DNA of 64,000 bases from Octopus vulgaris (Eukaryota). The notes below the pieces were generated by a model. That model was not told the DNA's origin and did not search any database. It saw only the letters and a list, made by a program, of their open reading frames with translations. The translations under genes and the position numbers were made by a program. Shown piece after piece: positions 26,598 to 42,026 of this stretch; position 1 is the first letter of the stretch; every line of letters starts with the position of its first letter. The stretch covers positions 50,654,001 to 50,718,000 of the forward strand of contig OX597829.1 in assembly GCA_951406725.2 (NCBI GenBank). Reading direction: 5' to 3'.

Positions 26598-27100
26598 TAC
26601 ACACACACACATACATAGAATTAAAGATACATTCTGATGATACGTACCTATTAAGATAGATGAGAAAGGGGGGGTGCAGAGGGAGAGGGGATAAAGAGTG
26701 AGAGAGGGGGAAAGAGAAAAGAAGAAAAAGAAGAAGAAGAAGAAGAAGAAGAAGAAGAAGAAGAAGAAGAAGAAGAAGAAGAAGAAGAGTAGGAGGAGGA
26801 GGGTGGAGGGAGAGTGGGGTGGGAGTGAATTTCTGGGTTAATATATGTAACAGAGAACATTTGCCTTACGCAGTAACGTCCCTTACTACGTAAGAATTTT
26901 TTTTAATAGAAAATTTTTGCAACAGGTTTGTTTCTTTAAAGTAAATAGAGAGAGAAATATTACGTAGAGATATTATTGATTTAAGCAAAGTTATTTAATC
27001 GTTCCGACAGTATCCTAAAGGAGGTCATTTTTATCGTATTTCAGTCCAAGCAACAACGTAGAAGCCGCTTCGTTTGTTTGTATGTATATATGTGTGTGCT

Positions 27101-27174
<74 letters not shown>

Positions 27175-27463
27175 ATGCATATGTATGTATGTATGCATGC
27201 GTGTATGTGTATGTATTATGTATGTATGTATGTATGTATGTATGTATGTATGTATGTATGTATGTATGTATGTATGTATGTATGTATGTATGTATGTATG
27301 CATGTATGTATGTATGTATGTATGCATATGTGTGTATGTATGTATGTATGTATGTATGTATGTATGTATGTATGTATGTATGTATGTATGTATGTTTGTA
27401 TGTATGCATGCATATATGTACGTATGCGTATGTGTTTATGTAGGTAGGTATATATATATAATA

Positions 27464-27495
<32 letters not shown>

Positions 27496-27605
27496 CATAT
27501 GTATGTATGTATGTATGCATGCGTGTATGTGTATGTATTATGTATGTATGTATGTATGTATGTATGTATGTATGTGTGTGTATGTATGTATGTATGTATG
27601 TATGC

Positions 27606-27636
<31 letters not shown>

Positions 27637-28356
27637 TGTATGTATGTATGTATGTATGCATATGTATGTATGTATGTATGTATGCATGCATATATGTACG
27701 TATGCGTGTGTGTGTATATATGTATGTATATGTATGTATGTATGTGTGTATACTGTATAGATGTATGTATGTATGTTTATGTATGTATGTATATGTATAT
27801 CCATGCGTGCATGTATGCATGTCTGTATGTATATATGTATGTATGTGTGTGTGTGTGTAAACATGTATGTGTGTTTATGCATGTGTGTATTTAAATATCT
27901 ATGTGTGTATTTATGTTTGTATGTATTTATGCATGTATGTATATTTGTATGTATGTATATATGTAGATATGTATGTATGTGTATGCATGCATGTGTGTAT
28001 GCATGCATGTATGTGTGTATGCATGTATGTATGTGATGTTTGTATATACGCATGCATGTACCTATGTTTGTGTGCATGTGTGTGTGCGTGTGCATGCGAG
28101 TTTGCATCTGGGTATCTCTATTTTTTATCTTTAACTTGTTTCCATCATTAGACTGGCCATGCTGGGGCACCACCTTAAAGGGGTTTAGTTGAACAAACTG
28201 ATCCCAGTACCTAATTTTTCAAAATTTATTACCTGTTCCATCAGGGTCTTTTGCCAATCTACTAAGTTATGGGAATGAGGACAAACCAACACCAGTTGTC
28301 AAGCAGGGGCAAGACAAACGCAGACACAAAGACTCACACAGATGCATATATATACG

Positions 28357-28950
28357 AGAGCTGGCAGAAACGTTAGCACGCCGGGCGAAATGCGTTGCCG
28401 TATTTTGTCTGCCGCTACGTTCCGAGTTCAAATTCCGCCGAGATCGACTTTGCCTTTCATCCTTCCGGGGTCGATAAATTAAGTACCAGGTTCGCACTGG
28501 GGTCGATGTAATCGACTTAATCCGTTTGTCTGTCCTTGTTTGTCTCCTCTGTGTTTAGCCCCTTGTGGGTAGTAAAGAAATAGGTATGTCGTCTGCCGTT
28601 ACATTCTGAGATCAAATTCCGCCGAAGTCGACTTTGCCTTTCATCCTTCCGGGGTCGATAAATTAAGTACCAGTTTCGCACTGGGGTCGATGTAATCGAC
28701 TTAATCCGTTTGTCTGTCCTTGTTTGTCTCCTCTGTGTTTAGCCCCTTGTGGGTAGTAAAGAAATAGGTATGTCGTCTGCCGTTACATTCTGAGATCAAA
28801 TTCCGCCGAAGTCGACTTTGCCTTTCATCCTTCCGGGGTCGATAAATTAAGTACCAGTTTCGCACTGGGGTCGATGTAATCGACTTAATCCGTTTGTCTG
28901 TCCTTGTTTGTCTCCTCTGTCTTTAGCCCCTTGTGGGTAATAAAGAAATA
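28357..28950 (+). mobile_element. tRNA-derived SINE with a tandemly triplicated body of about 180 bp; family copies at 8988-9214, 24472-24700 (-), 36181-36598, 54695-54905, 59604-59960 and 62080-62905
   Basis: Head gagctggcagaaacgttagc...gttctgagttcaaattcc; central gcctttcatccttycggggtcgataaattaagtaccag (resembles the Meta-SINE domain, from memory). Confidence 0.85.
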
Positions 28951-30376
28951 TATATGTACGAGAGAGGCTGAAGAACATAAAATAATATTTGGAAGGGATT
29001 ATACTGAGAATGAGGGATGGATTTTAAAAGAATTTTATATGATGTTTTTTCCAGAGAGGAAAGAGGTAACTGGCGGCACAAAGGTGGATGAAATATGTGG
29101 ATAGTCTGCGCCCATGCAATTAGTTATTTCTCTCCGTGCCACGAGGCACATAAGGCTGCAATACAATTTCTGCAACCAGCTCTGTTTTCTAGAATTGTTC
29201 TGGTCTCATTCCAGCTTCTCAGCCCTCTTTGTTGATGGTCCTTCGCCATGTGGTTTTGGGGTATCCTGCTGCTCTTTTTCTCCTTTTGCGCCACTACGCA
29301 ATCACTTTCTCATTCGTGTGTGAGGACAAGTCTGATCCAGCTCCAGCATCCGTGTTTCATTTCATCACTGATATGATTACAGCATCTAAATAGTAATGTG
29401 ATTAGAAGAGTGATGAACGTATAGGTTTTAGGACATTGAGGGGTATGGAAAGTTTGAGACACACTGGACACAGGAACAGGGGCCAGTGAATGTATAGACA
29501 TGAACATAATGCTTTTAGGACCTCACTTTCACTGAGACAAGATGGGTCCTTTCCAGCACAGCAAAGTGACAATCATCTCAGTCTGTTGTCATCTTCTTCA
29601 TGAAGCTCAACATTTTCAAATCAGCCTTTCCTGCTTCCACCCATGTCTTTCTGCGTCTTCATCTTACACAAGTTCCATACATTTTAAGTGACCGACACCT
29701 CTTAATGCATCTCTTGTCCCCCATATGCATCACATGACCAAGCCAGTGCATTTTCTCTCTTGAACACTACATCTGATTCCTCTTATGCCTAATTTTACTC
29801 TCAACATATTTGCACTGTGTGTGCACACTGACATTATACAGCCAAAAGAGCGTGCTTGCTTCATTTCTTTCAAGTCTTTGCAATGATCAAGAGAAACCTT
29901 TTGAAGCATTGTAGAAATAAAAATTCTCTGAACTTTCTCCATTCTGTTCTAATTCAAGCAACTATACTTTCAAGACATTCACCTTCACGGCTAATTAGGT
30001 CATGGAGGCAAAGTGGCTGAGTTCCTTTCAAGTGTTGGGCCTCATGGAGGCAATGGCGAAGACCTTTGGCATTATGTTGTGCTTTAGAAAAAGCCTCATC
30101 AAGCTGAGCAAAATCAGTTGTGGAAGATACTGGTGTCCTCACACAAATTAGCACCCATGCCAGTAGCACATAAACGCATCCCAATGTCACACAAATGACA
30201 CCCATGCCTATGGTATGTAAAAGCACCCATTACTGGAAGGGCATCCAGCTGTAGAAAACCATGCCAAATCAGACTGGAGTCTGGTGCAGACTTCCAGTGT
30301 GCCAGCCCAGTCAAATCGTCCACACATGCCAGCATGGACAATGGATGTTAAATGATAATGATGATGATGTTATATA

Positions 30377-30430
<54 letters not shown>

Positions 30431-30435
<5 letters not shown>

Positions 30436-31388
30436 GCTGGACAAAATAATGGAAACATCTTAAAATTTCAAACAAATTTATTTTAATATGGAGTAGAACT
30501 GCCTTTGTTTGCAATTACAGCTTGAATTCTACAAGGTGTGGATTCATACAAAGTTTGAATTGTTTCCAAAAGAATTTTTGTGTATTCTCCAGTTCTTGTA
30601 GTGATGATGGTGGAGGATATCAACTCCTTACTTGTTTTTCTAAAATGCACCATAAATGTTCAATAATATTGAGATCTAGGGACTGTGGTGGCCAGATAAG
30701 ATGTTCAACTTCACTAGAATGTTCCTCGTGCCATTCATTAACAACTTTAGCTGTGTGAATTGGTGCATTGTCATCCTGAACGATTGCATTTTCCTCCAGA
30801 AACAGTTCCACAACCATAGGAGGAATTTGATTTTATAAAATGCTTAAATAGTCTTGAGCCCACCCATGAAATTTGGCTTTGTGCAGCTCCCTGTGAACAG
30901 ATGTTGTGGAAACTGGGTTCTCAACATAGTCATTAAGCTCTGCTGTAATTTTGGGAGCTGTACTTTTGTGATCCTTTCTAACAATTCATGTAAGAGTCCG
31001 ATGGTCCCTATCTGAAAGGTTTGGTTTTCTTCCGGAGTTTTGTTTCGATGAGGTTTTTCCCTCTTTCTCAAAGGCTGTCATTAGTCTCAAGACAGCACTT
31101 CTTGATATACCAAATATTTTGACTGTTTTCATTATGTTAGCACCTGCCATGCAAGCACCAACCATTTGACCTCTTTGAAAGTCCGATAGATCTGTCATTT
31201 TAATGAATCTTTAATTACCTTTTTCTGATGATATCTGAAAAGAAACAGCAATTTTAGCAAAACATATTAAGCAACACTAATAATAAATCAAAAAACATAA
31301 AAATAAACAAGCTTTTGATGGTTTTATAGATATTTCAAAATTATGATGCTATGATGCTAGGTGTTTCCATTATTTTGTCCAAACCCTG
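30431..31388 (-). mobile_element. Tc1-family transposon, internally deleted and frameshifted
   Basis: TIRs cagaggctggacaaaataatggaaacatct / aggtgtttccattattttgtccaaaccctg|ta; HTH MTDLSDFQRGQMVG...SGRKP; catalytic QDDNAPIH...WPPQSLDLNIIEHLW. Confidence 0.9.
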
Positions 31389-31527
31389 TATATATACACA
31401 TAGTAAAATGGATTCTTCCATCAAAGACAATGTATAAGTGTTCAGCAAGATGACAAAAAAATAATAAATCACTCACATACATACACACACACACATACAT
31501 ACATACATACATATATACATACATACA

Positions 31528-31563
<36 letters not shown>

Positions 31564-32370
31564 TTCATTTGTTTTTATGTCTTTGTATCCGTACCATCAT
31601 GGGTTAGAACAATATATTAGTATAAAAATAAAAGTATGAGGTTGTATCAAAAAGTTCCTGGATTAGTTACGTTTAATAAAAAATAACTTATTTACCAAAG
31701 TTTTAGCATCATCATCTTTGAAATAGTCACCTTGCACAACAATAAACTGGTTCCAATGTTCCCACTACTTTTGGAATCTGGCCTAGAAGTCATATTCCAT
31801 AATTAAGTCAAGGAACTTCTGCAATTCACTCTGGGATCTCGACAGCCTTTGAGATGCATTTTCATCTTGGGGAAGAGATGGAAGTCCACAGCTGCTAAAT
31901 CTGGTGAATATGGTGGAGGCAAAAGCGATACTATATAATTTTTGGTGAGAAACTCACGAGTGAGGAGAGCTTGGTGACAGGGTGCATTGTCATCATGAAG
32001 GATCCAATTCTTTGTGATCATAAATCCAGTCACTTTCACCAAATGTCCTCCTTCAATCACTTCAAAACGTTGGAGTAGAACTCTTGTAGTGTTGTAAAGC
32101 AACATACCAATAATATGTGCCCTTCATATGATTAACCCTTACCAATTTCACAAATAAGTGAGATCTTATTCAACATATTTTTCCTCCCTTTCTCTATTGT
32201 CAGCAATCACCTATTCTCCCCTAACCTTTTCACCAAGTTATATGAGTCATCACTTACCCTTGCTCTTCCACTCTTGTCCATCATTCACTCAATCCACCCC
32301 TCAACCCCACCCAATCTCTACAGTCATCACCTACTCTTCCCTATCTTGTCTCCCAAAGTATATTTACCTC

Positions 32371-34356
32371 TATTAATGTGACTCAGAATATACTACACTT
32401 CTAAGAACTGTATGAAGTTTGTTAGGGTGATAGCTTGTAAATGATTGTGGTTCACTTTTAATTTATTAGTCTTTTTTTATCAACTACCAAATCTAAGACT
32501 AGAAAACAGTGTCTGTTTAGAATGAATAGACAGTGAGTTGGCAGTTTATAGTTGGGTATGGTCATAAATATTGCCAAGATTTTAGGAAATGTACAAGTAA
32601 CTGTCTATAAAGGGGGCTGAGTAGGGGAAGACCCTTAATCAAGACGTTAATTACCAGTTAAAGGGACAAGATGCAAATAAAACCTATGATGTTAATACAG
32701 AGGAAATTATCATGGGGTGCAATGGATGATTGTATATAAACAATATTGTTATGTTGTATGAAGATAAAATTTAAGATTATATTATAACCAGAATAGATAA
32801 ACTGTGTTAATGAAACAATTTTCAATATTAGAAAGAGAAGATTACATAGAATTAGGATAATATTCATTCCTGTACTTAATTATTAACTTATAATGTGGTT
32901 TCTATAAAGATTGCTCTGGGTATTTACTTATGAAATAATGGGGCGATAAATCATGCTATGTTTATATTAGTTATAAGCTAAGAATCAGAAAAAAAAATCG
33001 GAAAAATAAGTTGTGCACAGATACACACATATATTTAACTATGTGCACGCATACAAATATACACAAATATTTGTACCTTATTATGGGTATGTTATAATCA
33101 ACTCTTCTAGACTTAAGTAACTAGAAAGTTTATATTTCTCTTTAAGAACATTAATAACTTATAAGAGATAAGAGGTTAATAGATAAAGATATCAAAATAA
33201 GAAAACAAAATAACAAGAAATTATAGAGAATAGTAAGAAAATGTATATAACTTATTATATATAACACTAGGGGGTAAGTTCACATCATATACGACACTAA
33301 AATTAATTTCTCCTGTCTAGGTTCAAGTGCAGCACCTATAAACACTAATTTCAAAAATATTTAAATGTACGGGTGACACTATGTATGCATGATACCCTTA
33401 GATCTAATCTATTATTAACCAGGTTGCTCTTGTCCCTATACTTAAAAAATTTCATAGAGCACAGCTCCCACCCGTACTAACTATCTCTATAAGGCTGCGT
33501 TTTCCTTATAATATCCCATTTAAGATTAAATTCGATTCCTCTTTTCTTCAGTTCCCAAATCTTGCTAGATAAGGACATACAATTGGCCTTATGTTTGAGC
33601 CTAAAAGTTGAAAAATGGTTATTAATGCATTTTTTCATAATTATTGGACATCCTATATATACAAAGTCACCAGCTACAGTTGTGATAGTACACTTTTCAA
33701 TTATGTTTTGGGTTAGACATTGGCCTAATAACGGACAATGGGATTTAACTCTACAATTGCATCTAGGAGAATTATTACTATTAATATTATTGATATTCAT
33801 ACCATTATTATTATTACTATTACTATTAATATTAATCCTACCTCCATCCTTCAATTGTAGTATCATTCACATTCATCCCAGCATCATTAGGCATATCAGT
33901 AGTCCCTGTACTAATATGGACAAAGACTACTCTGGTTATAATATCATTTTTAGTAATCTTAAATTTTATCTTTATACAACTTTACAATATTGTTTATATA
34001 CAATCATGATAATTTCCTTTATATTAACATCATAAGTTGTATTAGCATCTTACCCCTTTAACTGGTAATTAACATCTTGATTTAATGTCCTCCCCTACCC
34101 ATCCCCCTTTATAGACAGTTACTTGTACATTTTCAAAATCCTGACAATATTTACGACCATACCCAACTATAAACTGTCAACTCACTCTGTCTATTCATTC
34201 TAAATATACCAGACACTGTCCTCTTGTCTTAGATTTGGTAGTTGATAAAAAAAAAGACTAATAAATTAAAAATGAACCACAATCATTTACAAGCTATCAC
34301 CCTAACAAACTTCATACAGTTCTTAGAAATGTAATATATTCTGAGTCACATTAGTA
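32371..34356 (-). mobile_element. Penelope-like element relic: GIY-YIG remnant (about 33390-33800) enclosed by inverted repeats of about 420 bp (32371-32795 and 33930-34356)
   Basis: CNCRVKSHCPLLGQCLTQNII...YIG...HFSTF...LSSKIWELK...LKWDII...PY is typical of PLE endonucleases; the arms are visibly reverse complementary. Confidence 0.8.
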
Positions 34357-34784
34357 GCAACATGCACTTTCTCCCTCTTCTTGCTCTATTAGGAAATTTG
34401 AATAAAATTATATTAATGTGTCCAACTGATTAAAAAATTCTATTTATTTATGCAGCTGAGGATAGCCCTGCATTTAATTTGATGTAATGATTGCATTGTT
34501 CAATTAAACAGAGCCACTTGAAATGGCTGTACTTCATCACCTCTTGATATCTTGTTGCTTATTTTGATTTTATTCACTTTACTTTGAGTTGTACGGATAA
34601 TACCGTACTAACTTGGTGCTTCAACTTAAGTAACTAATTCATATGAATCGCAATTATTTCTTTATATATATATATATATATATATACTTGTTCCACGTCC
34701 TCGCGTTGTTGTATTTTCTCTTTGTGTTTTCATGTTTGGATTAATTTTATATAAATATCTACACACATACATCCATATATATAA

Positions 34785-34881
<97 letters not shown>

Positions 34882-37800
34882 GCACATAAAATCACCCACT
34901 ACACTCTCGGAGTGGTTGGCGTTAGGAAGGGCATCCAGCTGTAGAAACACTGCCAGATCTGACTGGCCTGGTGCAGCCTTCTGGCTTTCTCCAGGAAAGT
35001 AAAAATTTGGCTGCTATTTCGTGTATACCTTGCTACCATGTAGCAGTTATTTCAGGTCATTTATTGCAAATAGCCGTTACTTGTTAGCAGAGCGTGCTAG
35101 AAATAGCAGCCAAATCTTAGGAGGTGGGATACATTGAATGCACTCAAAAGAAACCTATGGATAAAAACTGTTTCACACCGGGGTTACAAACGGGTCTTTT
35201 ATGAAATATTTACCATATTTTTAAAGTCATTTTCACTTTAAAATATTTTTCCCATCACAATGTAACTAATGCTAAGCTTCTTCCCTATCAGGGTTAAGCT
35301 ATTTTCAGAGTATTTTCCCCATTATGCACCATTCTGGGTATTTCTATCCCCCAAACCCCAAATATCTTGAAACTTGTTTTATTCCATTTGTATTTACATT
35401 TTAGGGGTACTTTACTTTCAAAGTATTTTCTCATTATGCGCCAATTTGGCTGTGTGACATTGCAAGCAAGCAAGCAAGATTGAATTTCATTTTTTAATGT
35501 ATTACAGACATATATATAAATACATATGTATGTGTGTGCATAAATGTGTGTGTGTGTGTGCATATTACTCTTTTACTCTTTTACATGTTTCAGTCATTTG
35601 ACTGTGGCCATGCTGGAGCACTGCATTTAGTCAAGCAAATCGACCCCAGGACTTATTCTTTGTAAGCCTAGTACTTATTCTATCGGTCTCTTTTGCTGAA
35701 CCGCTAAGTTACGGGGATGTAAACACACCAGCATCAGTTGTAAAGCGATGTTGGGGGTACAAACACAGACACACAAACATACATACATACACACACACAC
35801 ATATATATATACACATATATATGACGGGTTTCTTTCAGTTTCCGTATACAAAATCCACTCACAAGGGTATAGTCAGCCCAAGGCTATAGTAGAAGACACT
35901 TGCCCAAGGTGCCACACAATGGGACTGAACCCATTCGTAAGCAAGCTACTTACCACACAGCCACTCCGGTATTTGGCTTACAAGCATAAGTTCATGAGTG
36001 TTCAGTTACTGGTAGCATGTTGTGTCCTTGAGCAAGACACTTTATTTCATGTTGCTCCAGTCCACTCATCTGACAAAAATGAGTTGTACGCGAAATTCAA
36101 AAGGGCCAGCCTTGTGGTCACACTCTGTGTTACGCTGAATCTCCCTGAAAATTGCATTAAAGGTATGTGTATCTGTGGAAGGCGGTGAACTGGCAGAAAC
36201 GTCAGCACGCTGGGCGAAATGCGTAGCCGTATTTCGTCTGCCGTTACGTTCTGAGTTCAAATTCCGCACAGGTCGACTTTGCCTTTGATCCTTTCAGGGT
36301 CGATAAATTAAGTACCAGTTACGCACTGGGGTCGATGTAATCGATTTAATACCTATGTCTGTCCTTGTTTGTCCCCTCTATGTTTAGCCCCTTGTGGGTA
36401 ATAAAGAAATAGATATTTCGTCTACCGCTACGTTCTGAGTTCAAATTCCGCCGAGGTTGACTTTGCCTTTCATCCTTTCGGGGTCGATAAATTAAGCACC
36501 AGTTATGCACTGGGGGTCGATGTAATCGACTTAATACCTATGTCTGTCCTTGTTTGTCCCCTCTATGTTTAGCCCCTTGTGGGTAATAAAGAAATAGGTA
36601 TGTGTATCTGTGGAGTGATCATCCACTTGTATGTTAATTTCATAAGCAAGCTATTCCATTGATCAGATCAACAGGAACCATCATTACCAGAACCAACAGA
36701 GTGCCAGTTTATTTATTATTTAAAAACACAATATATATTTTTACGTGCTATACATATACTCCTTTACTCTCTTTACTCTTTTACTTGTTTCATTCATTTG
36801 ACTGCGGCCATACTGGAGCACCGATTGTAGTTGAACAAATCAACCCTGGGACTTATTCTTTGTAAGCCCAGTACTTATTCTATCGGTCTCTTTTACTGAA
36901 CCACTAAGTGACGGGGATGTAAACACACCAGTATCAGTAGTCAAGCAATGCTGGGGGGACAAACATATACACATATATACAACGGGCTTCTTTGAGTTTC
37001 CATCTACTAAATCCACTCACAAGGCTTTGGTCGGCACAAGGCTATAGTAGAAGACACTTGCCCAAGATACCACACAGTGTGACTGAACCCAGAACCATGT
37101 GGTTGGTAAAGAAGCTACTTACCACACAGCAACTCCTACACCTATAATATATACGACAGGCTTCTTTCAGTTTCCGTCTATCAAATCCACTCACAAGGCT
37201 TTGGTTGGCACAAGGCTATAGTAGAAGACACTTGCCCAAGATGCCATGCAGTGGGACTGAACCCAGAACCATGTGGTTGGTAAACAAGCTACTTACCATA
37301 CAGTAGGCTATATATTTATATATATATATATATAAATAGACAGTCGGTTATGACAGCAGGTGTTCCAGTTGATCAGATCCATGGGACAGCGTGCTCATGA
37401 AATTAACATGTAAGTGGCTGAGCACTCCACAGACACGTGTACCATTTGATGAATATGTTTGAGGTATCTCTCAATGTCTGAAACTATTAGTAGCACATAA
37501 CATGTATTGTGTCTGTTATATAATTTATAATATCATCATCGTTTAACATGCATCTTCCAAGCATGCATGAGTGGGACGGTTGACAGGAGGTGGCCAGGTA
37601 GAAAAATATCCCAGGTTGCTGTGTCTGTTTTATATATACATAGGTGCAGGGGTGGATGTGTGGTATGTAGCTTGCTTACCAACCACATAGTTCCTGGTTC
37701 AGTCCCACTGCGTGGCACCTTGGGTAAGTGTTTTCTACTTTAGCCTTGGACTGACCAAGGCCTTGTGAGTGGATTTCGTACACGGAAACTGAAAGAAGCC

Positions 37801-38539
37801 TGTTGTATATATCTGTGTGTGTGTGTGTGTGTGCTTGACAACCGATGTTGGTGTGTTTACGTCCCCGTAACTTAGTAGTGGTTCAGCAAAAAAAGACCGA
37901 TAGAATAAGTACAAGGCTTACAAAGAATAAGTCCTGGGATCAATTTGTTCAACTAAAGGCAGTACTCCAGCATGGCCACAGTCAAATGACTGAAACGAGT
38001 AAAAGAATAAAAGAATAGGTAAGTATATTTGCTACTCTTTTGGGTAGCATTTCACCGCTGGTGATGTCTGATAGTTTTGCTTAAAATACTTGCTATGATC
38101 CTAAGAATATAAATACTGCAGTGAAGTTGGAATTCTGATCTGTCTTTATAATAATAATGAATCATTTGAATTTAATACAGAGTCTAAATTTGTTATTATT
38201 TTGGGTTAAAAGTTGCATCTACAAAAACCAAAAAAAAATTATATTTTTTTTAGGTTACTATTTATGGCAATCTTTCAGGTTCTGTTTGATAAATAGCTTA
38301 ATGAGATTTCTTCAGTTTATCTTGTTATTCGTTGTTGATGTTTCCAAGATTAATAAATAGTTGTCACTGCAAAGGCCACCTTGGAAAAGAAGTATATAAA
38401 TACATGCATATATATATATATGTGTGTGTGTGTGCATGTATATATGTATATAGACATATATATATGTATATAAACATATATATATATATAAACATATGTA
38501 TACATATATATATATATAAACATATATATATATATATAA

Positions 38540-38592
<53 letters not shown>

Positions 38593-38606
38593 AACATATA
38601 TATATA

Positions 38607-38656
<50 letters not shown>

Positions 38657-38809
38657 ATATATGTGTGCATATATATATATATGTGTGTGTGTGCATATAT
38701 ATATATATACATGCAAACTTAAATGGACACTTGCACACAATCAAACAAACATATGCATATACACACACATATGTATACACACACACATGTATGTATATAC
38801 ATATATATA

Positions 38810-38863
<54 letters not shown>

Positions 38864-39146
38864 CATATATGTATACACACACACACACATACATACATTT
38901 ATACATATATGCACACATAGTTACATACAAACTTTCAACATACTTGCACACATCACTACTTTACTACGTTAAAACCAAGCAAGCTCTTTAAAAATTCATA
39001 GCAAACCCATTAAGCTAATGTCGAAATGCAATATTCATTAAGTCACTTTAAAATTTCCCCCAGTTTTCAGCTTAGCTCTTTCTAATGAATGAGATCAGAA
39101 AATGGAATGTGTAAAGCAGCTTATTATAAATTGTTTCCTTTGAAGC

Positions 39147-39184
<38 letters not shown>

Positions 39185-39270
39185 CCATACATATACAATA
39201 GAAAGATACATACATAAGCATATATCATATACATATAAATAGATATCAATGTATATCTATATCTATATCT

Positions 39271-39342
<72 letters not shown>

Positions 39343-39593
39343 CATTAAGGGTTGTTACTATAAGTAAAGCCACATGTTGGAAAGGGACACCAATGTTAAA
39401 CTTCTTTATATACACTCACTGAAATCAAGGGAATGATAAAGGAAAAGACTCATGTGGTTTTACTTAAAGTAACACCACTTAATATGAAGAATATAATTTT
39501 TTTAAAATCATTATTACATTATTAATTTCTTACCTTAATTGGTTTTACATGCTGGTTAATTTGATAAAATCTTAAATAGATTTTATCCTTATG

Positions 39594-39634
<41 letters not shown>

Positions 39635-39639
39635 TATAG

Positions 39640-39850
39640 TTAATCCAAACAAGAAAACACAAAAAAAACACAGCAACACGAGGACATGGAACAAATAAAG
39701 TATTATTGGACGCTCAGGAAAGAAGGGAAGAAGGAGGGTTTAACGTTTCGAGCGGAGCTCTTCGTCGGAAACATAGGAGAAGGAAAGATCCCGAGAAGGG
39801 AAGACAGAGGAAAAAAAATCGGCGGCGGTACTCACGAGGTCATACATTAA
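39640..39850 (-). mobile_element. (TA)n-associated element with a hammerhead-like motif at 39738-39772; same family at 53820-54075 (+), 41830-42165 and 34685-34745
   Basis: Minus strand gttt-CCGACGA-a-gagc tcc gctc-GAAA-cgtt-aaac; shared terminus ttgtttggattaac(ta)n. Confidence 0.7.
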
Positions 39851-40726
39851 TATATATAGGAGGAGGAGGAGGAGGAGACCCCCAGCCCCCTCGGTCATGA
39901 GTGACCATGGGATGGGATTGCAGCTGGAAAGTTCCCCTCCGGGCACCAAGTCTGGTCAAGATTGTATATAGAAGACCAGCAGTCGCCCATGCATACCAGC
40001 CTCCCCTCTCTATGTCACTGATGTTATCCAAGGGAAAGGCAAAGGGGCCAATACAGCTTGGCACCTGTGACGTTGCAACTCATTTCTACAGATGAGTGAA
40101 CTGGAGCAACATGAAATAAAGTGTCTTGCTCAAGGACACAAAACACAGCCCGGTTCAGAAATTATGATTGTAAGCTCAACACGCTAATCACTGAGCCATG
40201 TGCCTTCACACATACATATATGTGATATATATATTACTATATATCTATATAGGTTTATCTGCGTGTGTATGCATACACAAATAAGTATGTATGTATGTAT
40301 GTATATGTGCATGTATGCATTTATGCATGTATGCATTATGCATGTATGTATGTATGTATGTATGTATGTATGTATGTATGTATGTATGTATGTATGTATG
40401 TATGTATGTATGTATGTATGTATGTATGTATGTGTGTGTATGTATGTGTGTGTGTATGTATGTATGTATGTATGTATGTATGTGTGTGTGTATGTATGTA
40501 TGTATGTATGTATGTATGTATGTATGTATGTATGTATGTATGTATGTTTGTATGTATGTATGTATGTATGTGTGTGTGTATGTATGTTTGTATGTATGTA
40601 TGTATGTGTGTGTATGTATGCATGTATGCATGTATGCATATATGTATGTGTGTATGTATGTATGTATGCATGTATGTGTGTGTATGTATGTATGTATGTA
40701 TGCATGTATGTATGTATGCATGTATG

Positions 40727-40760
<34 letters not shown>

Positions 40761-40839
40761 TGTATGTATGTATGTATGTATGTATGTATGTATGTATGTA
40801 TATATGCATTTATGCAATTATGCCTATATGTGTGTATGT

Positions 40840-40896
<57 letters not shown>

Positions 40897-41307
40897 TAGT
40901 ATATTCAGGTGCATCTAAAGGTTTATTACTCTAAAGGCAATCCGCAGTATGCAGCTGATTTTAGTGACAAGACATACAATTCAAAACAGTTTGATTTGTC
41001 AGAAGAAGTATCTCCATGCTGTAAGATGTCTAGATCTGTGGTTTTAAGCCATGTTTTTTTCTTAAGGACTCTCTTTGAATCCTATTTTATCCTAATGAAC
41101 CCCCCATAGCTGTTTGATGTTTTCAAAGAAATCATATCATATTTTTATGATTAAATATTACAAATTGTATATTTTTTTTAATATTTAAATATTTTGTGTA
41201 TTGTAGAAGTATGACTGATTCATTGCAGGTAAATTCTAACAATTTATCATGTATGATGTTTATGCAAGTATGTATGTAGTTGGTGTGTGAGTGTGTGTGT
41301 GTGTGTG

Positions 41308-41480
41308 TATAAGCGGTGTTGAAAAGTTCCTGGCTTTAAAGATATCACGAAAGTGCTTTTACAGGGCTTCTACAGGGCTAAAGGACCATTGCAATAAGTC
41401 CGGGAATCCGAGAGAGGAATATCTTGAACAAAATCATAATTCACTAATCCCCCTGTATTTTCATTTACCCAAGGTTAGCA
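41308..41480. mobile_element. Mariner-derived MITE; second copy at about 42200-42403
   Basis: Inverted ends ggtgttgaaaagtt / aacttttcagcacc with TA flanks. Confidence 0.6.
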
Positions 41481-41794
41481 ACTTTTCAGCACCCCCTCAT
41501 ATGTATGCATATATATATATGTGGCCATTGCCAGTGCCGCCTTGGCTGGCTTCCGTGCTGGTGGCACGTTAAAAGCTCCAACCGATCGTGGCCGATGCCG
41601 GACCCCCCTGGCACCTGTGCAGGTGACATGTAAAAAGCACCCACTACACTCACGGAGTGGTTGGCGTTAGGAAGGGCATCCAGCTGTAGAAACATTGCCA
41701 GATCAGACTGGGCATGGTGCAGCCTCCTGGCTTCCCAGACCCCGGTCGAACCGTCCAACCTGTGCTAGCACGGAAAACGGACGTTAAACGATGA

Positions 41795-41833
<39 letters not shown>

Positions 41834-41900
41834 AAAAAACGACATCGTGAGGATGTGGTTCAAGTACTGTATTATCAGATGCTCAGGAAAGGAAAGAAAG

Positions 41901-41992
41901 GGGATTTAACATTTTGAGCAAAGCTCTTCTTCAGAAATAGAGGAAAGTCCAAAAGAAGAGAAGACGGAGGAAGAAAATCACCAATGATTCAC

Positions 41993-42026
<34 letters not shown>

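Noticed and set aside
23491-28173. Many long MYVC/HTYI/YI ORFs (also at 1970-2389, 38312-38991, 40184-40934 and 60113-61056)
   Set aside because: They are (TATG)n, (TA)n and (TG)n microsatellite artefacts.
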